Part shown: positions 1-13,596 of the stretch, piece after piece | Numbering within the stretch: the stretch's first letter is position 1 | Layout: the number at the start of each line of letters is the position of its first letter | Origin: Diadema antillarum | Taxonomy: Eukaryota | Direction of reading: 5' to 3' | Assembly: GCF_040938485.1 (NCBI RefSeq) | Contig: NW_027271002.1 | Coordinates: 310,001 to 374,000 of the forward strand | Length of the DNA: 64,000 nucleotides | Program-made: the position numbers and the translations under genes | The notes under the pieces: generated by a model | The model's input: only the letters and a program-made list of their open reading frames with translations | The model's database searches: none | What the model was told of the DNA's origin: nothing

Positions 1-313
1 AATTTAGAATTGACACCATAATAGATGAGATCAAGTTCTATATATCGTATCAAGGACTCAATCCTCCCCCCCCAAAAAAATAATCAACAAACAAACAAAC
101 AAACAAAATCCCTTCTAGTTACGATATAGATCCGACGATATGTATATTTTGTCTGATCCCAAAATCTTGTTTTGATTCATCACTTTTTTTCACTGTGCTC
201 TCGCAAAGTTTATCTCTCTCTCGGCAGTGCACCAGATTTTTATTCAAACAAAATGATATACACTTCCATGTCTGTACAAATTAGTGTATAAAGAAACAGA
301 CCTATTCTCATAA

Positions 314-854
314 AGGGCTTTTTACACTTGTAAATTTTTGCTTAGTCCCCCCCCCCCCCCCCCCCCCCCCCCCTTAGCCCCACCGTTGGTACGGGACTAT
401 CCTTAGCCCACTTTCTGTTTACACTCGTTTTTGCCAAAGTGGGCTAGCCCCACCGATAGTCCAGCACTATCTGGCCCTGCAAAATAGCAGGGTTAGCACC
501 GCAATTGAGGTGCCAAGCAAGTGAGTGTAAACAGAACGAAAAAATAATCCTGGGCTAAGCGACGGAGATGAAATCCGACCCTCACTGACCAATCAGAAAC
601 GAGGTAATCAAGTACTGCCGGTGCGTGTGTGTACGTGTACAGTACACAGCGTAATCATGAATATTCATGTGGTTTGGAAAGTCCGGGGCTAAGAAATACG
701 AGTGTAAAAAGGTCAGTTTTCTCCTTAGCCCCGGACAAGAGATAGTACGGGACTAATTGGCGAGTGTAAAAAGCTGAAAAAATTGGTAGAGGACTAACGG
801 TAGTCCTGGGCCAGAGAAAGTCCGGGGTTAAGAAACACAAGTGTAAAAAGGACT
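314..854 (+). mobile_element. PIF/Harbinger-like MITE, family H1, copy 1
   Basis: Termini agggctttttacac / gtgtaaaaaggact, TAA direct repeat on both sides (311-313, 855-857). Near-identical to 24976-25547 and 27269-27859. Confidence 0.85.
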
Positions 855-1080
855 TAAGTCTACCACTCTGTAAGATCTGGGAGGGAACAACAAAGCAAAA
901 ACATCTGGACTCAAGGCTAACAGGATGTACAGTGTTTCTGTCTCATGGGTTGTATAGAATATCTGAACGACTAAAAAACTGTCCTAAAAGCCAGAAATGG
1001 GTATACCTTAGAGACCTGGGGAGTGTAAGAGTTCCCACATCTTGGAGCCTCAGAGTTTGGTTCAGTCCTTTTCTCTGCAG

Positions 1081-1169
1081 GTTCCCAAACAATTGAAGCC
1101 AGATTGCACACGTCTTGTCTCATATCCTACTAACCATGTCTGAGGTGCCTAGGACCTCCGTACAGTCAG
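1081..1169 (+). other. Candidate non-coding (5' UTR) exon of the plus-strand gene
   Basis: ccttttctctgcag|GTTCCC ... GTCAG|gtaatg; stops in all three frames. Confidence 0.35.
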
Positions 1170-1199
1170 GTAATGTGATAAATGCAGGATGGATCATTT

Positions 1200-2950
1200 T
1201 TTTTTCAGATCAAAACTCATTATCTGCTCTATGATCAAACATATACAGAGCATGATCTCTCTTTGAAAGTATCAAGAGAATGATTTCTATCAAATAAAGG
1301 AAAATTCTCCTTATATACTCAGATCTTCGGCTCTGTCATTGATTCCTTCTACTACGAAAGTGGAATTCTCATCCTTGGTTTAGCATGTAATATTTATATC
1401 AAATATCATATTTTAGTCAAAGTCACATCTAAGAAAAAGATTTCAAAGGTTTCCATCATCTCATATTTCAAACCTTTCTCTTCCATCTCCTCAAGACTAT
1501 AATACGCTATCAAATATTTCATTGCTTTCATGCTAGATCATTGTGATAAGATTTTCCCATTTTTTTTAAATCAACATTATTCATTATCTCCACAGATCTC
1601 CACAGAATTTCAGAAGGATATATGTGACAAGCATCTGAAGTCAAATAAAATTCTTCTCAAATATCAAATTGAATTGAATTCAAATCAGAAAACAAGAGAA
1701 GATATTCATCTATTCATTTCACATTTGACCATAAAATCGATGGAATTTCCTTTTATACTGACAGTTATAACAATACCAACATGGGCTCTGAATACCAATA
1801 TCAACGAATTTTGTAAAATCCTGGATTAGAATAAATGAGGAAGTATTACCTCATCTACAATATGTTGTGATATTTCCTACCATTTGAATATCTCAACTAA
1901 TCAATGAAACTCTAAAAGAGAAATAATCTCACATCTTCTTTAGGAGAAGACATCTAAGACAAAAACAAGACAGATCTTTATCTATACAATGAGATTGGTA
2001 CAGAAAAATGTCAGCTCTCCTAATCTAATTATATGAAGTACAATTAATTATTTATATTTGTTTTCACTTTTTGGGGGGTGGAGGGAAGCTACATTAGAGA
2101 TTAAACATTAAATTTGAACATTGAATTGCAGTCATTTAATATCAACCCCCACTGTCGTCCAATGAAAATCTTTCATGACTAAATCATGTGCCAACTCCTA
2201 CTCATATGCGTAGGAGTGTGTCAGTTGAAGCAAGCCGGGGGCCACCCACCTTCTCCTCTACAGGAACTTTTTCTCTCCCCTACGGCAGTCATTCCCCCCT
2301 CCCTGTAAATATGGTACTGCCCACTGATGTAGTTCCCTTGCTAAATGACGCATGCGCCGCCATGGTAGACCACCAGCCTTTCCCATGTCAAAGGAGGGGG
2401 GGAAGGGGTTATCAGACAGGAAGCTTGGATAAAGGGGGGCACTGCTGTATGAGTTGCAGGTCAAATAAGGTTCTTCTCATCGTTAGGAGCGATTCAGTTG
2501 ATCAGTTGAGGGTGCAGCGTGAAGGTGTTGGTACTATCACACATGACCTAGCAGCGATAGCGAGAGAGCTCAAACCTACACACTTTGGGAAACACCAACG
2601 TCTCGGTCCATGTCCTCTACAGCTGATCACATAGCCAGATATTACCTCAGCAAAGCAGGTTTCCAAGGACAGTCAACTCCAAGGCGAACAAAGATTTCAC
2701 ACTTCGTTCTAAGCCAAACACGCCTACAAAAGTCGAGATTCAAACTCCGATTAACCACAAACTTTCTGCGCCCACGGATATAACGGAGCAACGGTTCTGT
2801 GTCCTTGAGTTGGTCTTCACATGTATTGATTCCATGTAGGATTTGGATTGTCATCTTCTTCAAATGGGAGATATCCAGTTTGTCACTTCTTGACCCACAG
2901 GGTGATGATATCAAGGATAACAAATCTAAGGTGAGTTTGACTCCACTTCT
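1200..2950 (-). mobile_element. Decayed L1/Tx1-like LINE fragment (end of ORF1 and start of ORF2 endonuclease)
   Basis: Minus-strand ORF 2642-2923 (ILHGINTCEDQLKDTEPLLRY...LNLDFCRRV) resembles L1 ORF1. Downstream minus-strand ADIFLYQSH resembles the APE endonuclease D-I-x-x-L-Q-E-T-H motif. Many stops. Confidence 0.45.
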
Positions 2951-3065
2951 CTTTTAAAATCTTCTCTTCTCTTATTAATTCAGATGTCATATCATGCACA
3001 TTGAGGGGGTTATATTTCTTGGAGTCATCATCTCCATCATTGATAAACATCTAATCTCAGATGAT

Positions 3066-3276
3066 TACTGTAAAACGAGGAATGTGCGCGTGCATTTCAA
3101 TTTCGCGAATTTCGCGAGCACCAAGATTCGCGAAATTAAAATGCTCGCAAAATTTCTTATCTACACTATATGCATTGAACGGAAGTGGCAATTTGCGAAA
3201 ATTTCTTGCCACAAAAAAGGTCGTCGGCTCCAATTCATGAAAATTTCGTGCTGCGAATATATCATGTTTTACAGTA
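3066..3276. mobile_element. Tc1/mariner-like MITE (TA-CTGTAAA ends, ttcgcgaa-rich), representative copy
   Basis: tactgtaaaac ... gttttacagta. Related copies at about 25932-26136, 42150-42362, 46862-47030, 62403-62616. Confidence 0.75.
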
Positions 3277-4440
3277 ATTTGTTAGGTATAAAGAAAGCCT
3301 CAGAGAGCTAGAAAAAAGTAGAGTTCTACACAGACTAAACACCAATTTGGTTTCTTTCTATCTACATAAATTTCTTCCAGTGAATTAACACATTCAGTTA
3401 CAGTGAACATGGTATCAGCCACTGAGAGTTGACAGAAATGAGCTCTTCACAGTAACTGGGGAATGAGAAGAGACTAGATGATGATCGAAGTTTGAGGAGT
3501 CGGGTTTTCTGTTTCTCATTCTGTGGTATGTCATTCCTTGGCTTCAAGTGAGAAGAAAATTAGGCATCCAGAAATGAGATGAGGCACTAAAATACCTGTA
3601 AAAAAAAATAATTCATTCTGAAAGAAATGATGGATACTGACCACACATAATGTACGGTAATCACAATGAAGTTAATTTAATAGTATTCATTCTTTTTTAT
3701 CATTGTAGATGTGTCTACATAGACAAGCACAAAACAAAGTTGATTCATCGTGACAACGAATAAAAAGTCTTCTACAGAGACACCAACACTATTCAGACCT
3801 TGCCTTCAATTAGACATAACTTTGTTCTTGCAGTTTGTAATTTCAGCCTGGAGTCTTTTTATAAGATTACCATAATCCATTCATGACTTCTCATCTGGAA
3901 GATACTAGGGTGATGACATGTTGTGATTCAAGTTATCATTCTAAGTTTCTCATTTTAAATTTAATGACTGTTTATTACAACCTTATGACATGTAGCTGCT
4001 CTGGCCTTTCTACCCCATGACTAAACTTGAGTACAATGTGAAGGAACCGTATTTTACCACTATAATCAATTCTTTCATGATTTGCGTTCATTCTCATACC
4101 CCCCCCCCCTTAACTGTATCTTTTGAGTGTTGAATTCTGAAGGCTACATACTGCTACCATGAAAATGGATTATTTATCAAAAGAAAGAAAAAAGCCATGT
4201 ATGATGCATATCAAAAGTCAAAGAAAACTCACCCACACATTGTCACACCTCTATCCCCTATTAGCTGTCAAACGTAGAATTTTATTCAATTTGATGGGAG
4301 TATTAATATACTCATTAGACACTATTCAGTTACAATGCTGGGAGGTTAACATCAAAAACGCTTAACTGATAGGACAGGAAAGTGTGCACTAATCCTGTAC
4401 AAAACAAATGGACAGCGTGCGGTCCTCAAGCGTATTACGC

Positions 4441-4589
4441 ACATCACCTGAGACCACTCAAAGACGCTTGATAAACAACAACAACAACTTCAAAAACAGC
4501 GCGTCTCTGGTGATATGCGTCTTTGCCTGAGACGCGCTGTCTTTGAAGTTGTGGTTTATCAAGCGCCTTTGATTGTTTTTAGATGATGT
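4441..4589. repeat. Hairpin / inverted repeat, probable MITE remnant
   Basis: tcaaagacgcttgataaac...cttcaaaaacagcgcgtctc mirrored by gagacgcgctgtctttgaag...gtttatcaagcgcctttga. Confidence 0.7.
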
Positions 4590-5810
4590 TGTTGCCAAAT
4601 TCTTGCCTCCACGAAATAATCCTTATTACTATAAAATCTCGTTCTTCAAAATAATCCCCTTAATCGAAAAAAAAAAGCTACTGCTATAATTTTCAAATCT
4701 TTTTAAGATAATAAAAATACCACTACATTTGGAAATGAATGACGTTTCTACGTGTTCTGAGTTTGTACTTAGCTATCTTTTGTATCATCATGTAGGGTAA
4801 CCATTTTGTGTCCATTTTTATCGCGCGCCTTCCTATCTTGTTACCTCTACTATCTTTGGTTAACATTTTGGTAAAAATGTAATTTTGACATGGTTTTGGC
4901 TCATTAAAAAAAAATGTGAAAATAATGTCTTGCAAACAAATACACTGTCATTAAAACAGTATTTGGTTAGGCTGATAATATACAACAACAAAAAGAATGT
5001 CTGGCTAGCTGTATTTGTCTCAAGATTTATTTCAGTGAATTCTGAGAAATTGACTTAAATCAAGACAAATAAATTCTTCACCATTCTCTTCCTCTGCAGA
5101 CATCACCTTGAAATATCTCAAGAGATTCCTGCAGGCTGCTGGTCTGAACTACAAACCACTCTCAAATTGGCAACACTTCACTCTTTCCAAGATCTGGAAG
5201 CATCTGGGATATGGTTGGTGAAGCAACCACCGGGGTCCACAAATGGAAAGTTTTTGAACGGAAATGTCTTCTGAGGTTGTCTCGGTGCTATTTCTGACAT
5301 GAGGAAAAGTTAGACACATTGAATCACACAAGAGAAAGGAAGCAACGATTGTTCAGTCTGGAAGAGAGAAGTGAGCTAAGGAGAAGTCAGCGACTACAGT
5401 GATGACAGAGAAAATCCCTGGGGACATTTCCGAGAACGTGAGGAGGTGGTAACCTTCAGTCTAGTAACCTGGAGAGAACAGGTTGGAACAAACTGAGACG
5501 GAAGTTAGATGACAGCAATAACTACTCCAGGGAATCGATTAAAGTCAATCTCCTTCAAAGAAGAGGGGGAACTGGTGGAGGACTGTGAGTTTGAGTCATC
5601 CATTTCAGTTTTGACATGGACAATCAGACAGTTTTGCTTAAAAATCCAATTTCAGAGGTGAAGGAATCATGAAATGAACATTTGAATATATAGAGCAAAA
5701 AGGGGCAATTATTACCAATCACATACCACAGAACAAATATTTGTGAGAATCCCAATTTTTGCCAAACTCACTTTGAAGCATTTGATCCAAGATAGGAGAA
5801 AGGCAGAACA

Positions 5811-6890
5811 ATGGCAACAAGAATCCTACATATATGTTCATTCCTGCAGATGTGCATCCTTACATTAGCACAATTCAGTGGGAACATCCCAGCCAATGGG
5901 GGCTTTGTATCAGAGGGTCAACTTCCCATGGAACCCCATGACCCTTGGGCCTCCCTAGGCTACAACTTTCCAAGTGTTCCAGTCAACCCAAACACTCCCT
6001 ATGACCCATCCCTCTGGCCACAGAATCCTCACCATGGCCATCCAAGCAATCCTAACCCCAATAATCCTGGTAATCGTGGCACTCCGGTGAACCCTAGGCC
6101 CCCACAGCATCCTTGGCAACCTGGTGGAGGGCAGTCACCTTCCAATCCTGGGGGGAGGCAACCAAGCAATCCCGGGGGAAGGCAACCAAGCAATCCTGGG
6201 GGAAGGCAACCAAGCAATCCTGGGGGAAGGCAACCAAGCAATCCAGGAGGAGGCAACAAGCCCAACAGGGGAGGTGGCACTGTCGTTAACAAACCCCAGA
6301 GGCCAGTCAACCCTGGACCACAGCGACCTTCAGCACCACGCCCCACACCACAAGCGAGACCACAACCGACACCCAAGAAGCCATCAGTGGGCAAAGGTGG
6401 TGGTGTTGGGAGCAAACCCCAACGTCCTGCAACACCAGGAGTAGTCAATCCCGGTAATGGGCGGGGCCCAGTTGTGGTGGACCCCGTGAGACCCAGTGGA
6501 CCAAAAGGAACTCCTCCAAAAAGACCAGGGTCTCCAAACAATGGGGGGAATGTTGGACCTGAGCCTGGTGCCACTCCTAGAGGACCCCTGATCACATGTG
6601 CACAGAACCCTTGCCAGAACAGAGGCACCTGCATCGATGACTACACCAAAGGATTTAGATGTGAATGTCGTCATCTGTACCTTGGTGAACAATGTGAGGT
6701 CATCATCTCACCACCACAGCACATCACCATTAACAGCATCGCCACCACCAGGGCATCCATCTCCTGGCGAGTGCCTCCCAGTATTGATGAGGAGATCTCA
6801 GGCTTTGTGGTCCAGTACAACAAGTTTGGCTATGAAAACTTTCACTACAGTCCTTTCATACATCCTTCAGTAGCAGACTTCACATTGACG
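5811..6890 (+). CDS. Coding exon 1 of a type I membrane protein: signal peptide, Pro/Gly/Asn-rich region, EGF-like domain (6597-6695), N-terminal part of FN3 domain
   Basis: ATG at 5811 with hydrophobic N-terminus (MATRILHICSFLQMCILTLAQ). Six-Cys EGF pattern CAQNPCQNRGTCIDDYTKGFRCECRHLYLGEQC, then FN3-type ...ASISWRVPPSIDEEISGFVVQY...DFTLT. Strong donor ACG|gtgagt at 6890/6891, phase 0. Confidence 0.9.
6138..6257 (+). repeat. 24-bp coding tandem repeat: (PSNPGGRQ)x4 plus PSNPGGGN
   Basis: ccaagcaatcc(t/c)ggggga(a/g)ggcaa-type units, in frame within coding exon 1. Confidence 0.95.
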
Positions 6891-7161
6891 GTGAGTCCAC
6901 CTTCACTAACTGTTTTTTTAATACTTTTTCTAAAAGATTCATGTGAAACCATCATGGGTCTGAAGTGATAATATTTTCCAAAGTCTTCATGTTTTCTTTC
7001 ATACCCATCGATGGCTAAGTAAACTAACTGCACAAACTTACAAATCTTTCACCCATTCTACAAATTTAGTTCAGGTGAAAATTCAGCAAAATGTGACACA
7101 CTAGGAAGAATGTTTTAACCTGTTGAGGATGAGTCCCAAGTGTACTCGGGCAAGTGTCAAA

Positions 7162-7620
7162 GGCTGCGTTTATCATCTTTCCCCTGTTTGAAACAGCTTT
7201 CAAAAGCCGTTTCCAAAGCGCTTTCGAAAGCTGTTTCTAAAGCCCTTTAGAAACGGCTTCCAAAATAGTTGCATTTATCAACTCATCGCGAACACGAAAA
7301 CTGGCCTTGTCACTTCACAGCTGCATTGCGCAATTTGACCCGAGGAGAAGGGGTCATATACTGTAACCGCAGTACAAAGCCGTTTCAAAACAGCTTTGCG
7401 TTTATCTTGCTTCAAAGGGCTTCTAGAAACAGGTTTCTGGAAACCTGTTTCGGAAATCTGTTTCGGAAACCTGTTTCTGAAAGCACAAATTTGCGGCTTT
7501 CAAAAAGGCTTTCCGAACCCCATAATCAAAACAGCTTTGCGTTTATCATCTTGTAAAAGTTCCCCGAAAGCCGTTCGGAAAACCTGTTTCTGCCGAGAAA
7601 AAGAGTTGATATAAACACCC
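7162..7620. mobile_element. H2-related MITE inserted inside a 90-bp mini-MITE
   Basis: Starts ggctgcgtttatcatc, with many gaaac/gtttc subrepeats. It splits the mini-MITE consensus gtgtc|tatggg, whose two halves flank it (7117-7159 and 7621-7668). Confidence 0.6.
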
Positions 7621-9637
7621 TATGGGGAATGTGTGTTGTAGCAAAATCAGTCTGTCCTCAACAGGTTAATTGTATGACCGAGTGAGGGCACACACAGTGA
7701 GGTGATTAGTCTCATTTCAGCCTTCACATTATCAAGAAATATCTCACAATGACCCTACTTCCTACAGACATTTAATCCTCTCTCAATGCGAAGCCATGGA
7801 ATGCGTGTCATTCTGTGAAAAGACTAAACACTCACAACAAAAACACCCATTCAACATTGTGTTATACCAAGCCATGTGTGGAAGAGTCTTTGAGTAAAAA
7901 CAAACATCCGGAACCAATCTGATTGGCTAATTCATTGAAGGAAATATTCTGTTGGCAAACACCCACTAATCTCAGTTTCCGTATGCAGGAAACACACTCT
8001 GGCATATTAGTCTAAGACCACTGGGGAGTTTCACATACATATCTTGTTTTCTCAAATGATAACTTCCTAGAAGGCAAAGTTGTAAAGGTTCTAGCTCACT
8101 TTCACTGTCTTTACACACTTGGATTTACTGAGGTAGCTGCTGTTTGAAGACGGTGGTAAGTCTCAATCGTTTCTGCTTCATTCTTTTGGCTTTATCTATA
8201 CTGAATACTGTTACCACTTGAAACACTGTAACTATACTCTTTGGTTAAATACTGCATACTACACTCTACCTTTGGCAACTTTGTAAACAAATCAAGGACC
8301 ATCTCAATCCACAATTTTGTGCCAATTTATGACAAAAATACGCCTATTTTCATATGGAAAATACAGTACCAATGAGTAATTATGACTACAGAGACTTGCA
8401 TCCTCCTCTAGACATGGCAAGATGCATGTAATTCTGGACAATCTGTGTCAAAAAGTATTCAAAAAAGGCTTTTTGTGCAATGCAGCGTTCAAATACATTG
8501 TAAAACAGCACTAAGATACAATGATGAGGTTATAGTCCCCTTGCTTTTCAGTCTGTTATGAGGCATTTGTTTGGGTGTCTGCAGTTTTCAAGTGAAATAA
8601 TGTCCTTCTTGTAATCATCACAAAGACCCAAATATCACAAGGACATGAGAGTGGTAAAAGTGCTAGAAATTTGTGAAATTTCACTGCATACATGATAAGC
8701 ACTTAGAATATCTCACACATTATGCTTTGATGCACTTTTACTCTTCAAACATGCTTTGCAAATTTAACAACAACAAAAATAAAAGTAATGAAGTTTTGTT
8801 TTTGGCTATGTCACTTGCTATTGACCCAGAATCTGGGCCAGTGACTCTTTAATCTCTGTAATACAGTGTAAGCACCCAGTTTTCCACCAAGCTACATGGT
8901 TGGTATGCCCCAGTACAAGAGCAGGCTGCTCACAGATTACAAGCTTACAAGATATCAGGCCGATACTCCACTTAACCCCTTGATTCTGGCACCACGCAAA
9001 TCCCATTTAAAATGCACAAATATGAGAGAAGTCCAAATTTAGTGGGTTAATGCACTGTGTGCATGAAAGTCAAGTATGAAAGGATTCCTTCCACTACAAT
9101 CAGTCTCGCCCTGTGAATCTTGGGTAGTAGGATATGGAATTATGATGGAAGGGTGTGCAAAATATTTAGATGATCCCCGCCTGTATACGCCCTCCAGACA
9201 TGTCATAAATGGAATTATCTTCAATTAGGTCAGCTGTCTAGCAAACCGCAACACAACAATGGTCAACTACATTAACACTCTGCAGACTTATAAATGGAGT
9301 AATGTACAGTTATGTCTATCAGCACACTGTTCATTACATGATGTGAGAGAAAATTCTATTTTTGCTTTTTGTGTATCTTCTTAGACAAAATTCCAGCATC
9401 TCTCTGTGGTTGGACTATACTCAACGTAACCAGAAATGGCCCCTAATTAATCCATATATATTTCAGGCAAAAAAACAAACAAAAAAGTAATAATAGTACT
9501 TAGTGTTTTGGATCCTGTTCATGTTTCTTAAACCCGTTGAGGATGAGTATACTCGGATAGGTGTCTATGGGAAATGGCAAAATCTGTCCGTCCTCAACAG
9601 GTTAACATTGTGCACAATAATAACATCCCACATCACG

Positions 9638-10460
9638 TTAAAGATAATAAAAAGTTTTGGTACCTCAAAAGTTTCCCTGAATTTCCTTGTCTTGGTTTGT
9701 GTTTCACGTTAAAGTACGTTGTCTGTGAGAATTACTCGCCCCAAAGTGCTCTCATGTCTTAGTAATCATGCAATAATGGTTTCGTACCAGAGCCGTCGCC
9801 GTACGGCGTCGATAAATATTGTACGAAACCACTGACTGCGACCAGCAGCGTGCAGCCCATTGTACGCATAGCTAACTGCGACCAGCAGCCCCATACGCAT
9901 AGCGTAATGGGGCTTCGCATTGTATAGCATTCAGGATCATGACAGAATTAGTATCGCGGGTAAATGGCAACTTAAAATCCAAAAATTTCTTCGATTTGAA
10001 GACTTACCAATTAAGTTGAAGTATTGAAAACAGGCTTCGAACAAAGTTTGGTTCTGCCAATAGTCCCTTTCTTTTCGAATTGATGACTGAATGTGACTCG
10101 GTCGAGAGGACCTTGGGAGAGCTACTACACTGACTATTACGGCCAGCGCATGCGCACACAAACATCTTATCATGTGATGGATTTGAAATTTGTGCGCATG
10201 TGATGTGTTCCTGAATGTGTGATGATCCTGAATGCTACAATGCGAAGCCCGATTACGCTATGCGTATGGGACTGCTGGTCGCTATGCGTATGGGGCTGCT
10301 GGTCGCAGTTAATTGCATGATTACTAAGACATGAAAGCACTTTGGGGCGAGTAAGTCTCACAGTGTTAGTTATATGAAAGGTACTTTAACCTGAAACACA
10401 AACTAAGACAAGGAAATTCAAGGAAACTTTTGAGGTACCAAAACTTTTTATTATCTTTAA
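9638..10460. mobile_element. Foldback-type MITE with long inverted arms and TTAA TSD
   Basis: ttaa-agataataaaaagttttggtacctcaaaag... at the left end is mirrored by ...cttttgaggtaccaaaactttttattatct-ttaa at the right end. Arms about 9640-9940 and 10215-10460. Confidence 0.8.
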
Positions 10461-11757
10461 AATTAAACATGATATAAGTTAAAACAGGACTTACTGTTTG
10501 CCTTCCATGCCATATTGTATTATTTTAAATATGTCTAACAAATCAAATCAAATCAAATTAACTTACAGGGGTTTCAGAAGGAAAGAAAGGAAAATCATCA
10601 TCTTTCATCTTGTGTTATTCATTTTTTTCCTTATCAAAAGCAAGACAAGCAAACAATATAGAACTCTAGTAATTAAAACCAAATGATCTACTGCAGAAGT
10701 AGAAGACCACTTATGTGTAGAGGAAGACACACTCTCTATATTGCACCTGTCAAGGTTACTTAGATCCTTGTAAATCATCCTATCCTGTCTTATTCTTTTG
10801 GAAGGATAAAAGTCCGAGAGAGAGTCATATGCCTGCTACCAAACATCCTATCGCAGACAAACACCAAACTACATTACGTACATGTGGTTTCCTAGTAACT
10901 CAACCGATGCTAATCCTACCACTTCCAAACCACACAATATATCCTTACACACTGTTCCACCAGATGTCCTGTATGAAAGAGTAATACAAAGGCATACGAA
11001 AATCAACTAAGCTTACAAGAGTTTGCACTAAGACTTCAACAAGTCAGAAATACAGAGTATCATACAATGAAAAAGGTTTTAATTCTAATCAATCTAAGGA
11101 TTTTGTTTTCAAATTTAATACCAAATCTGCCATGAAGATTTTTACTTCTATTGAAAGCTGGTCATACACAGGTATGGTGATCCTGGCATAAGACCGTATC
11201 GCTTAGCCTGCAAAATAAACAAAACAACACCAACAACAACAAAGAAATAATCATATCATACAATCTCATTAGGGAAGCTCATGAGAAATTTCCTGCTTAT
11301 TAACTCACTGGTTCAGACAGGAAACACTACTTTATCATTAAAGAAAAAATGACTCTCCTCAAATTTATTTACATCCCAAGTTTCCTTTGACCTGTGTCTC
11401 CCACAAGATAGAAAGACACTGAGTAGATAGATAGATAGAAAGGTAGATAAATGTAGACATTGAGGTAAGAGAGCTATCCCAGATTGTTTTCAAAGTAGAT
11501 CATAATTTTCTCTAAGCTTCCAAACCCCTGAAAAGGTCTGAAGAATGTAAGACTGTCATAACACGTCTTGTCTTCTGGTTTCATTGCTACACTTAATGGG
11601 CAATCAACTTACTTCCAGTTAATCATACTCAAATTCTCCTTTGTCACACACACATATCAAACATAACATGTCCGAGAAAAATAGGCCGTACTGTCATATG
11701 TTCTTTCGGTGTAAATCATTTTTTTTCTTCATTAGTGGAAAATTGAGCAAAGAAAAT

Positions 11758-11833
11758 GGGATTCCATCGGGATTCGAACCCGAGACCTCCAAATGCTAGC
11801 CTAGTGCTCTACCGACTGAGCTATAGAAAGCCC
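11758..11833 (-). mobile_element. tRNA(Ala, AGC-like)-derived SINE head or tRNA pseudogene
   Basis: Minus strand tagctcagtcggtagagc (A box) and gggttcgaatccc (B box, intact T stem), but acceptor and anticodon stems are mispaired. Confidence 0.65.
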
Positions 11834-13166
11834 TAGTTCAGTGTTCATCCCAGAAACCCTAAATTCTCAATGCTCTTTTTTTTTTAATGATAGAAAAACA
11901 AATTAACAAAACAAAAGATAAAAGTGTAAACAAAGAAATTCCAAAGACAAGTGAGAAATTCCAGAGGAGCTCTGCTAATTGTCATGATAATCCATTTAGT
12001 AGGCTGATTGCTGGACTGAATTGGATTAGGATCAATTAAAGGTGATACTGTACCACAAGTATCAGATTACAAAGAATGGGTAAGAGTGCCAAGACATGAA
12101 AGGAAGTGGTAGATATCACATGACCACTGTCTGATAACGAGCTCAATTTCTGGGAAGGAAGGAAAGAATTGGCCATGGGGCTCAGAGGAAAGATTAGATT
12201 ATATCCATTGGAGTGTGAGGAGTGACCTCTAGAAAAGGACCTTTCTGGAAGAGTGACCACTCAAAAGAAGTGACCACTCAGAGGCTTTAGACTGTTGCAA
12301 TTCAGCACTGATTTATGATAATCCACAACGGACAGACTTCTGACCATGAATGGGATTTAATAGGAAGTGGAGCACACATCTGTTCTTGTCTGAACACTGA
12401 TTTCAGACAAAGGTTCTAGCAGTACAAATAATAACAAGATGAAATGCAGAAATTACTAGGTACACAACTGAAAAAAAAAATGTGTGTGTTTTTTATGAAT
12501 GCAGCTTGTCATAAGGAAGTTAATTCAAAGTAAATATGTACTTAAAGAAGCAATTTAAAAAGTGGATGATTCTCAGTGAAAAGTTGTACTCTACACATTT
12601 ACACTCTATCTTAGAAGTCAAAGACAGTTTTGGGGTATTAGGATTGTTTTACTGTTTCATTCATTGTTTTTTCAACCTCACACAACAGATGATATAGTAA
12701 TCATACTGAGATTTACACTTCATAATCAGATTGAAGGCATGTATATCTGAGAAGCATACTAGAATGCAACTTACCGGAAGTTAAGTTTTGTCATGAATGT
12801 AAAAGGTTCCTTCGCTAGGATAACTCATTCTGCATCAGAAGACAATGTTGGCACTAAAAGACCAATAGACAGACCACTAACATTTTGAACATTACATCAT
12901 CAATTTGTGAACCTAACCATTTCAAAGAATTCTTTGAACTTTGCGGATTGGAGGTCCATTATTGTGCCAAGAATGACTAACTTCTGTAGTTGTGGTCACC
13001 CAGAAATAGAGACATGGATACCACACATTATGTGGAGAAGTTGAGAGATTGGTGGTGGGGGAGGGGTGAGGGAAAAGGGACAGAGAGGGAGGGGTAGGAA
13101 GAGAGAGGCGGAACAGTGTGTGACATACAACATTTTGTTCACAAGCTCAGTTTTGAATTAGTTTTA

Positions 13167-13596
13167 GGCTGCTTTTATCTAAAAATTTTCTGAGGCAGAA
13201 TCACGATTCTAAACGCCTTTGAGGCATTTTCAGGGGTTAGATAAATGCAACCATGTTTTCAAACGCGTTTAGAAACGCCATTTTGAAACGCCTTTCAAAG
13301 GGCATTTTGAAAGACGTTTGAGACCACGATCGCTGTTCTGTGAGTAGATAAACGCAATGCCGTTTAGAAACGCGTTTATATCTCAAGGTCAAATCCCAGC
13401 TGTTTCCGGTTGTGCTCTCTACCCATTATTTGTGTGTGACTGATGAGGCATGTTCGGTGGTGTGCAGTAGATGCAGTTAACCTTTACTTCCTGGGTCAAA
13501 CGGTGCAAAGCAGCTGAGCAGTGACACCGCTCCAATCGCGATTGTATGATGGTTAGATAAACGCCATTCTCTCTCTCAAGTTAGATAAATGCAGCC
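13167..13596. mobile_element. Harbinger-like MITE, family H2
   Basis: TIR ggctgc(t)tttatctaa / ttagataaatgcagcc with TTA TSD; internal aaacgc repeats. Confidence 0.75.

Noticed and set aside
3520-3595. Minus-strand terminal exon candidate (GILVPHLISGCLIFFSLEAKE*) as the SIDT C-terminus
   Set aside because: Good acceptor, but no LDDD...I-x-V-F terminus and no supporting upstream exons.
6029-6873. Overlapping ORFs 6029-6634, 6124-6444, 6384-6692, 6598-6873, and likewise 17939-18921
   Set aside because: Shadow frames of GC-rich, repetitive coding exons.
6891-6968. 3' end of ORF-track ORF 5811..6968 (VSPPSLTVFL...GLK)
   Set aside because: Read-through into the intron past a strong gtgagt donor; the FN3 domain is completed only by exon 18081.
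11758-11833. Functional tRNA-Ala(AGC) gene
   Set aside because: Acceptor and anticodon stems do not pair properly; better explained as a SINE head or pseudogene.
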